Origin: Octopus vulgaris | Lineage: Eukaryota | Direction of reading: 5' to 3' | Length of the DNA stretch: 64,000 nucleotides | Assembly (NCBI GenBank): GCA_951406725.2 | Contig: OX597826.1 | Coordinates: 7,006,001-7,070,000 of the forward strand | Shown here: positions 53,133 to 64,000 of the stretch, piece by piece | How positions within the stretch are numbered: the first letter of the stretch is position 1 | Layout: the number at the start of each line of letters is the position of its first letter | The notes under the pieces: model-generated | What the model was told of the DNA's origin: nothing | Seen by the model: the letters and a program-made list of their open reading frames with translations, nothing else | Database searches by the model: none | Translations under genes and position numbers: made by a program

Positions 53133-53192
<60 letters not shown>
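53035..53192. repeat. (GACA)n(GATA)n microsatellite
   Basis: Seen directly. Confidence 0.97.
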
Positions 53193-53354
53193 GTTTATCT
53201 TGTATCTTTACTCTGTTGTTACTTTCAATCGTGGACTGCGATTATCGTGGGGCATCACTCAAAGTCAAGCAAATCGCCACCAGGATTAAGATTATTTTTC
53301 AAGCCTGGTAATTACTATTTCATTACAGACACAGAGACACACACATACTAATAT

Positions 53355-53433
<79 letters not shown>

Positions 53434-53990
53434 TATGCGCATTTAGGTTTGTGTGTGTATGATTGGGTATGGTCATTACTTTGCTGGGCTGTAAGTTTGT
53501 GCTGATAGGAATACCTGTAATGGAGGTCCTGGCGTTTATAATGACGGTGGGTCATGTAGTTAATCACATACTTGCTCTGATGGGGCACGAATGAAAGGCT
53601 TCGCTCTTGTAGTTTATGCAAGTGTCTCGGTAAAGGGAGATTTTCTAAATAATTCTTTTGCTAGTTAGGTATAGCCTACATTTCCTACCACTTTTGAAGT
53701 TCAAAGAATGTTGTATGGGTAAAAAAAAACGTCGTTATTTTTTAACAATATATATATAATATTTGCAACAACAGGGGCAACATGAACAGCACCAACAACA
53801 GCAATAACAACACCAACAGCAACAAAAACAAAACAACAACAATAATAATAATAATAACCCTAACCCTAACCCTCACCTACCCAGTACTTGCCCCTTGAAG
53901 TTGTAATTCATGTCGCTTTACCCCAACGATTATATCTTGACTAAGGAAAACTGTTAGATTGTGTTTCTCCTAGATATTAAAGGGTGACTT

Positions 53991-54233
53991 ATGGTTGTTA
54001 AATCTGATTCTGAAAGGAGTTCCTGTGGCCCTTATTTACACATGTTTGACTCCCATCTGCAGTCCGTTGACGCCACTTGTGCCTTACGTACGACGATATC
54101 CATGTTGCAGTGCCTTTTAGGGAAACATGTGGTGTTAACTTTGCATGAGCATCTTGCGACTGTCTCATTCTTGGGCCTACACGCTAATAATTTATTTTCC
54201 ACACGAGGTGCGCAGCTCAAAGAAACTGTTAAA
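53991..54233 (+). CDS. Candidate first coding exon (exon 53974-54233) of an unidentified host gene
   Basis: Acceptor TTTCTCCTAG, ATG at 53991, 81 open codons, donor AAA|GTATGT; not repeated elsewhere in the window and GC-richer than flanks. Confidence 0.3.
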
Positions 54234-54826
54234 GTATGTATGTTAAATATTTTACAAAGCCTATTCCCGCTGGAAAAAAAAAAAAAGAATATCGAGAAGC
54301 CGTATTTACAATGTTTAAGATTTATAATTATAATTCTGTCATTACCAAAATATAACTTGGACCGGAAGACACGCAAACTGGAAACACATAGATGTGGGAA
54401 ACGGATACAAAAACATGGTATCGGTTACTGAATTACTACATAAGAGGCCGCTAAATCTAAGGAGCAAATTAGTGGATTACATAAGGAGAGCATTAATCAC
54501 GTTTAAAAACTTCAACTGTAATTATTTTGGTGGTTAGATATAATGGTGGCCCAGTTATATTTGTAAATGCATTTGCCACTCTTCTAATTATTGCCGACCA
54601 TTTATGATAGAAATGGTTGAATATCTTCTATATTAGAAAATGGTTTGTCCACATTATTTCTTACAGAGCACGGTTTACGTTTTCTCTTCACAGAATTGCT
54701 CGATTTTACCAGCTGATTGGGGCAAAATGAAATGAAATGTTTTACTCAAGAACAAAACGCATCACACAGTCGAAAGAATTCGGGAACAGATGCTTACGAT
54801 TTTGACTTCAGCACCCTAACCACTAG

Positions 54827-55127
54827 TGGAGGCCCAATGGACCAGTGGTTAGGGCAGCGGACTCGCAGTCAGAGGATCGCGGTTTCGATTCCCAGACCGG
54901 GTGTTGTGTGCGTTTATTGAGCGAAAACACCTAAAAGCTCCACGAGGCACCGGCAGCGGGGTGGCGACCCCTGTTGTACTCTTTCTCCCCAACTTTCTCT
55001 CACTCTCTCTTCCTGTTTCTTGAGTAATGCTGCGATAGACTTGCGTCCCGTCCAGCTGGGGAAAACACATACACCACATAAACCGAGAAACCGGGTCCAT
55101 GAGCCTGGTTAGGCTTGAAAAGGGCGA
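54827..55127 (+). mobile_element. SINE family A
   Basis: TGGAGGCCCAATGGACCAGTGGTTAGGGCAGCGGACTCG head and typical body. Confidence 0.87.
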
Positions 55128-55412
55128 CGTCTATCGTAAACACTAAGCAATACGTTCCCACATATTGGAACATACGGTGTTTTAATTCAAATATTCTAAG
55201 CTTAGTATCTGCGGGTGAACCCTTTGAGTTCTAGACCAAGGAAGTTAAATGTAAATCATATGCACTTGCAGGCGATTTTTATCTTCGAAAAAGCGGATCG
55301 GCTTTTCGTGATTAGCCTTTTCGTACAGAAGAGATTCAATAGTTGGTTTGTGGTTAGTTTTGGTTCGTAAAATATATAGGCAACCTTGGAAGAAGAGGCG
55401 GTAAAGTCGAAG

Positions 55413-56485
55413 TAAAAACGAGCTCCCGTATATTCTTAGACATATACATACAAGAATAATATCATGCATATTATCAAGAACATGTAGATGCGCTGCGAAT
55501 TTTCAGCCGAAATACATGTCATATGATGTGAGTGAAATTATTTAATGTATCATGGTCTGTGTGTGTTTGTGTGTGTATTTAAATATAGTATTATATTATG
55601 TCGTACCGCATTATATTATAAAATATAATACCTCATGGTGTCTAAATAAATTGTATGAAACTAATTCTAAATATCTGAGCAAGTATATATATATATATAC
55701 TGTTTAGGATGGAAACAAACAACATAGGTAGAAGATGCTTGACGGTCTGGTACTCAATAGGTAATGAGATGCAACGATGAGAAGCATTCCGGTTGGCTAA
55801 TATGTAAGGCTTTATACGAAGTCTGATAGTATGGCATGATTGAGAATTCCAAAACAGTTGCATTCATTTAATTTGCTAACAGTAATGAAAACAAAGGAAT
55901 GGTGTGAAGATATGAAGTATATGCCCTTAAAATAGGAACGGAACAAAAAGAAATAAAAATGCCCTGGGAATTTCGAAGAGAAACATTATACCATGTTATG
56001 GATGACGGACAAGTTTATTAAAGGTAAGTGTAATTTTCGTTTTTCAATAGAATTTACTTACTCTCAGACGTCAGTTATGCAAACATGTATATATATATAA
56101 GAAGCCACTAAGGTTCGAAAAGTGATTAAGTCTTCTCATCGTTTTTTCAATCTACGAAGAAATGGTTATATTTACGCTATTTGTATATCCACTGCGTAGG
56201 TTACATATATTTGTATCATATCTTGATTCTATAGAGATTGAGATCCCTATTGAGGAGCTGCCCTCATTAAATAAAGTGTTACATACATAACGCGTGCAGA
56301 TAAGTTGCTCCACTTCTCTGAAGGTATTAGATTTGTTTTGTGAATAAAGAGATTGGCTACCTTTTCGTCTGAGAATGGTTAAGTGATGCAGACACCTCTG
56401 ATGAGAACATAGTACGAGTCGAAAATCGATTAAGTCTGTACCTTATTTTTTTTTTTAATCTACGGAGAAATAGGTAAGTTTGACG

Positions 56486-56543
<58 letters not shown>

Positions 56544-56625
56544 TGTATGCATGTATTTATTTATTCATGTATGTAGTATGTATGCTTGCATGTATATCTG
56601 TATATATATTTCTGTCTCTATATAC

Positions 56626-56664
<39 letters not shown>

Positions 56665-57155
56665 TATATCTATTCACACACACACACGTATATACATATA
56701 TATATACACACATACATATATATAAATGCATACATACATACATTCGTGTGTGTGTGTGTTTGTGTGTGTATGTGTGTGTGTGTGTGTGTATGTGTGTTTG
56801 TGTACAGCCCACCACGCGGAGAATAAATATATGAAATTTTATTCCACTTCTTCCATCCTAAACAGGATATATATATACCTGCTCAGAAATTTACAATTGC
56901 TTTCATACAAATTATCTAAACACCATGACGTATTATAGTTTATAATCTAACATAATACGGTACATCATAATATAATATTATATATAAATACACACACAAA
57001 CACACATATACACCATGATACATTAAATAATTTCACTCACATCATATGACATGTATTTCGGCTGAAAATTCGCATCGCATCTGCATGTTCTTGATAATAT
57101 GCACGATGTTATCCTCGTATGTATACGTCTAAGAATGTACGGGAGCTCGTTTTTA
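55413..57155. repeat. About 300-bp diverged inverted repeat pair (55413-55714, 56851-57155) with ~1.1-kb spacer
   Basis: For example TTTCAGCCGAAATACATGTCATATGATGTGAGTGAAATTATTTAATGTATCATGG and its reverse complement near 57013-57067. Confidence 0.85.
56387..56440 (+). ncRNA. Minimal type I hammerhead motif
   Basis: TGCAGACACCT-CTGATGA-GA...TC-GAAAATCGATT-A-AGTCTGTA; palindromic AATCGATT; weak stem II. Confidence 0.6.
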
Positions 57156-57949
57156 TCTTGTATATTTTTCTTTGTTACGAACGTTCGAATTTCCTTTATA
57201 ATAATTCTAGCAATCTTTTTTCTTGTTTTGTTTTGTTTTGTGTTTCTTTTGTTTTTTGTTTTTTTGGTTTTTGTAATATTTTTGTTTTGTTACCGTGTAG
57301 CCATGACAGATTTCGTTTACGTACGACATATCAACAGCTGAGTATTTTCTATTGTAATATTTTAATATCATAATGATTTCTTCCTAAAACTCACTATTAT
57401 GTAACTGCCAATAACTAATATTTTCTTTAAGAATTTTCAGAACAACAAAAAAACAACTAAAATATATAATAAAAATGAAACAATATTAAATGCAAAGCAT
57501 TTTTTAGCGTTCCTCGTTTCCTCTATATAAATCTACAGCTTTTTCATTTTCACTGGATTTTCCTATATCGTATTGAACATCTGCGTGAGATTTTTTACCT
57601 TCATTTTATGAAGCTACTCCTATATTAATATTTCGATCTAAATTTGAAATTGCTTTTCCTATGTTGTTTTCAGTGTTATTTTACAATAAGACATTGCCTT
57701 AAGATACCAATTGGTTTCTTAAAAAAAAAAAAAATCATCTAGTCAGTTTTCTGTCGCTGCCTTCAATGGAGACAGATATTAAAACATCTATCACAAATAC
57801 ATACAGAAAAAAATATATAACTATCAAACGAACGGAGAACCTCGTTATTAACTTTTAAACAATACAATATGCCACATACGTACAAACGCAGTCACGTCGA
57901 TGTATATTTATGAATAAATACATATATGATTCCGTATAGCTAAGCCTTA

Positions 57950-58390
<441 letters not shown>

Positions 58391-58854
58391 GCTTATATAG
58401 ATGTATGCTTGTATTATGTACGTGTAGCGTTGTGTGAATTCGTCTAGGACGAACATAGTTAATGTTTAATTCAAGTGTATGACATATATATATATATCAT
58501 ACGGGTGCGTGCGCGTGTGTGTGTGTATGAGTGCAAAAATAAAAGGATAGATGCATTTATTAACAGACGAAAGTATGCACGTTTGTTTCGTATATAATTC
58601 GTTTCTTGGATATCATTCCTTCAACTATTTCATTCGTCTAATATTTATTTTATTTTCTATCTCACTGTTTCATACAATATAGTGTTGTATGAGTATCAAT
58701 ACTAAGTCCTTATCATTTCAACGAACGTCAGAGAGTTACGGATTTTCGTTTCACCGCAGTTTCGTGTCGCTGTCTTTCATTACAAAACCAATTTCAATCA
58801 ATCTTTGCAATCCTTTTAATTGATTATTCTATCCACATTTAGTTGGAGCTTTTC

Positions 58855-59030
58855 TTTTACTTGTTTTAGTCTTGAAGAACCTTTAGTCGAATGAATGGAC
58901 TCCACTACATGTTTTTCAGCCTATTGCTTATTCTATCAATTGTTTTGCCGTACTGTTTACTTACGGGAACATAAACACACCAACACCAGCTGTCAACCGG
59001 TAGTGGGGGACAAACAGACATACAAAGACA
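58855..59030 (-). mobile_element. SINE family B 3' part, degraded
   Basis: AAACACACCAACACCAGCTGTCAACCGGTAGTGGGGGACAAACA is the reverse complement of the family B 3' module. Confidence 0.7.
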
Positions 59031-59032
59031 CA

Positions 59033-59146
<114 letters not shown>

Positions 59147-59170
59147 AAGAGGGAAAGAGAGAGAGACATA

Positions 59171-59670
<500 letters not shown>

Positions 59671-60730
59671 TTATCCTTCCATACATATTTACTTTCAACA
59701 ATATAACATATATATCCACTTTATTTTTTTATTTTATTGTAATGTTATCAATCTCTGCATTTAGTCTTCTAATTATTTATTTATTTGCCTATTTAAGTGT
59801 AGATTTTTACATACATATCAAGTCATCTAATTTGTTATCTATTTATTTTTTACTTATTTACTTATACTAGGGTAGTTTTATACATACATATCTATCATTT
59901 ATTGTTATTTAATTTTAATAATATATGAATACATATATACTGGTTTGTACTTATAATATGTGTATAACCGTATTTATTCCTTCGTATTTATTCCTTCTTA
60001 TTTATTTTATCACATTTTATCTTAAGTATTTATAATATAAATTTTTTAAAAATTTCTGTGATGTTCTCATATGCGTTTACATTAGTACTTCCCCTTCTAT
60101 TTTTTAATGCCTAAACTGGTATATTATGGCATTAAATTTATTAAGTAAATAAGAGATTTATTTATAATATATAAATTAATATATATTTTATATTTTATAA
60201 TTTAGCGTACTTGGAATCATAACTAACTTACGATAAATCTAACAACCGTATGTTTACTATGCAACAAACCGGTGTTATAAATTTTAAGTTACCCAATGAA
60301 ATAATTATCTGACTTAGTAACATACTGATATTTAAAAATATATTTATATCTAAATTAAATATTTTATGAAATGCATGGGTGGTTCTTTTTCGTTATTTGA
60401 GGCACAGTTATAATTTTGAAGGACTAAATGGTAGCTTAGTTGCTTCCCTTTTTGTTTATCTATGTGCTAGTTGTTGCTTGTGATTATGTATGTGTATAAG
60501 TGTATGTATATACATATAACTATGTGTGTATGTGCGATTGATCTGTAGATGCGTGTGTGAATATTGGCGTTCCTTGACTAACCAACCGTATAATTTTCTT
60601 TTGTGATTTAAATTTCAAACCAATAGCCAATCGAATTAATCTAAATTTTCTTTACCTAGTGGTCAGCATTTCTAAACTCATAGTTATTTCGATCTTGAAA
60701 GGATGGACTTGGTGCAAACATAACTGTATC

Positions 60731-60788
<58 letters not shown>

Positions 60789-61138
60789 ATTAATAGTAAT
60801 TTTTATTAACTTTTATAGCTTTAGAATTTTATGAACTGAACCATGGTTTTGATTATTATTTTTCATCTCCCTATGTGTCAGTTTTTTTTTAAAAAACTAT
60901 TAGCCAAATATGTATAATATCGGTACTTATTAATATCAATATATACACTGATATATATTTTGTTTTATTTTGTTCTGTTTACCTTCCTTTATTGTACCAA
61001 TGAGTATTATATTATATAAGTGTAGCATTATGATGTATAAGTTTTTATATTTTTTATATTTTACATTTTTATATTTTTATATTTATATGTATATGGTTAT
61101 ATTATATTTTTCACAATTATAACAAATTTAATTTAATT

Positions 61139-61246
61139 CTCTGAAGAGGCCGTGGGGCATCCTTGTTAATGCCTCATTTATACCTGCCTTTATGGCTTAT
61201 AGGTTAAATGAGGTATGACTGCCCTCACTGCCGAAACAGCTGTCAG
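61139..61246 (+). ncRNA. Type I hammerhead motif with canonical core and extended stem II
   Basis: CT-CTGAAGA-GGCCGTGGGGCA...TGCCCTCACTGCC-GAAAC-AGCT-GT-C-AG; inner hairpin ATGCCTCATTTA/TAAATGAGGTAT. Confidence 0.75.
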
Positions 61247-61455
61247 TTTTGATTTAATTACATATTATATTTGAAATTTTTTACTTATATCTCTTTGTCT
61301 TTTTACTATTACTGTATATTTTATTTTGTATAATGCCTTTACTCATATGTAATGGTGTATTAAAGTATTGATTGGGTATCATCGGATAGTTGATGTTTTA
61401 TTGATTTAAGTTTGTTTCTCCATTCTCTAATTTTGTAGTATTATATATATATATT

Positions 61456-61558
<103 letters not shown>

Positions 61559-61584
61559 TAAGATGTATGCATGTATACGTCTGT

Positions 61585-61731
61585 TTTCTTTCAGTTTCCG
61601 TCTCACTCACGAGGCTTGGTCGGCTCGAGACTATAGTAGAAGACACTTACCCCATGTGCCACACAGTGTGACTGAACCTGGCACCATGGGGCTGGGAAGC
61701 AAGCGTCTTACAACTAAGCCACGCCTGCGCT
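61585..61731 (-). mobile_element. SINE family B head
   Basis: Reverse complement reads GCGCAGGCGTGGCTTAGTTG...GGTTCAGTCACACTGTGTGGCAC. Confidence 0.75.
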
Positions 61732-62827
61732 TATTTGCTTCAGTTGTAATATATACTCATGGAATTATATAGTTCATACAATATATTTACAATTCAATAC
61801 AACATACGTCATATGCTTCATACGTGGAATTTAAACATGGAGATCAAACTCAAATACTATGCCATCAATTTCTGATATACTTCAATTCTCCTAGAAAATA
61901 TACGGGTTTGAGAATATCGGTTCAGTCAAATTACGAAGAAAGAATGCGAGCAAAAGTGTTTTTAATGGAAATTATCATGTATGTAAATGTATTAATAAGA
62001 AACTTAGATTTTCGGTCAGTATCTTAACAAACAATTTCTCCCTTGCTTTTCGCATTATTATCAACGCATATAAATTTCTACAGCTTTGAACAATTCAATT
62101 TTGTCGATCCTGTAGCATAATACATATCTAGTGTCATATATATTCAAGAAATGTAAGTTCTAGTGCAGTGAGATAGAAATATTTGCCATGTTTAGAGCAA
62201 TATTCCTTATCAGAGCAACAATGAACAATATATAATACGTTCTTCTTACATGGCTGGATGGAATGGGTTATTCATCCTTGTATTGAATAGGAGAAGCGAA
62301 ATGGTAAGTTGAAAGTCATATGACAGAATAACAATGGGAAAATAAGAAAGAAAAGAAACGAAAGGAAGATAAGAGCGCTTGTAAGTTAATACGATATGCA
62401 TATATTTCATAAACATGTAACTGTGCGTTGTATATAAGGGTTATTCTTGTTGTGTATATTATATAATATTTTGCGCCGAACAGACCACCTTCAGGTGAAG
62501 ATTTAGAAGAATAAAGTGATATTTCATTCTTTTTTCTTAAATCTTTCAATTTTTTCAGTCATCGGACAGCAGCCATAGAGGGCGCACCGCCATGAATGGT
62601 TTAGTTTAAACAAATCGACCCCAGTACTTGCTTTGAAGGGTAGTATATATTCTATCGATTTATTTTGGAGAAGCATTAAGATGAGGGCACGTAAAACAAA
62701 CCAAAACCGTTTGTCAAGCGTTAGAGGAAGCACAAAGACACAGAAGAAAGAATCGCGGATGCTTTCCATGTAGGTCAGATGTATATATTGTGTGCGTTTG
62801 TGATTGTATATATAATTACATATATAC

Positions 62828-62900
<73 letters not shown>

Positions 62901-62903
<3 letters not shown>

Positions 62904-63086
62904 AGAGTTTACGAAGAAAACAAAAGATGAAGACAGGTGGTGTAGACAACAAACAGATGTATTAGTATAACACCCGGGAAGTGAAAATGTCTTTAACGTT
63001 TCGAGCCAACGCTCTTCCACAGAAAGGAACACAGAAAGAAATAAGGAGAGAAAAAAAAGAATGTGTAGTGGCTAGCGATCTGTCAT
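62901..63086 (-). mobile_element. Short (TA)n-flanked repeat with variant HHR-like motif at 62989-63027
   Basis: Minus strand: CTTT-CTGTGGA-A-GAGC GTTG GCTC-GAAACGTT-AAAG; second copy at 18055-18260. Confidence 0.65.
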
Positions 63087-63294
63087 ATATAATTACATAT
63101 GTATATATATATATGTATTCAACTATATGTATACACATAAAAACATATACATATATATGAGTGTATATAAATGTATGTATATATGTATAAATGTATCTAT
63201 GCATGTATGTATATGTGTAGATTTGTATGTTTTGTCTCATGTATGTATTGTCATGCATATAGTTGCATGTCTAGACATTCTCATATGTACTTAA

Positions 63295-63775
63295 TTGATA
63301 AAACTCTGGAACGTATCACAGATTTTTACAGTTCGAGTGATGATTGGAAGTGTAGTCTTCGAATCAGCTTTCTCCTTTCTGGTTTTGAGAAGCCTAATTT
63401 CTCAATATTGCTGCTTAGGCAGTCTGTTACATATCCCAGTGCCCCAATAATTACAGGTAGAAACCTGAAATTGTAATCCGATTCCTCAATATTTCAGCGT
63501 AAGTATTTTCTTTTTAACTTTATCTTTATGTTAACATCCACTGGGCAACTGATTTTCACAACTGTACACAGTTTCTCTTCTCTATCCCAAATCCTTATGT
63601 CAGCTCTGTTTTAGGGCTAATCCTTGCGACGGATATCATTATACAGTGTCCTAGCTACAACATCATGTCTCATCGGTAGATGATACAGTGATGACATTTT
63701 CGGACAACTGCTTATGAATTGGGTAATATTTCGGGTATTAACCCTAGAAAATCTGCATCGGTTGTCGGTTGAATG
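63295..63775 (-). pseudogene. R4/Dong-type LINE fragment (zinc finger remnant and RLE C-terminus)
   Basis: DNRCRF...ISSCPKMS, LPMRHDVVART, DYNFRFLPVIIGALGYVTDCL...KLIRRL. Confidence 0.82.
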
Positions 63776-64000
63776 TGTGTATGTATGAATACGTATACGC
63801 TGCGGATGATGAAATGAAATTCTTAAGAATCATACATGGTGATTAATATTTAATTTCTAATGACAACAATAGTGTGTGGCGACTGAAAATTCTAAATGTG
63901 ATATCTTCATTTCATTTGTAAGAATTCATTTTCAAGAATGAAAATGAATTAATGCAAAAAGCGCTTTGGGCATGAATCCCCCTGTGCAGTACCTTAGGCA

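Noticed and set aside
53856-53878. Telomeric (TAACCC)3
   Set aside because: Only three units; not evidence of a telomere or fusion

Overview
AT-rich, microsatellite-dense metazoan intergenic or intronic DNA. The SINE families and repeat landscape resemble an octopus genome (inferred from repeat recognition, not proven). No intact protein-coding gene is evident, and nearly all listed ORFs are microsatellite artefacts. The window holds many tRNA-derived SINE copies, a decayed full-length mariner and a mariner MITE, R4/Dong, RTE and CR1-like LINE fragments, and a Penelope-like (PLE) reverse transcriptase remnant. It also holds a 2.27-kb ORF1-only LINE-derived insertion with a 13-bp target-site duplication (TSD) and an exactly spaced Inr+DPE promoter. 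The most notable signal is about a dozen minimal type I hammerhead-ribozyme (HHR) motifs of different families. They show core variants (CUGANGA, CCGANGA, compensatory UUGAAAA) and mostly palindromic stem III. Several sit in ~200-bp-arm foldback elements inserted in (TA)n, consistent with non-autonomous Penelope/retrozyme-like elements. One candidate host exon (53974-54233) is noted with low confidence.
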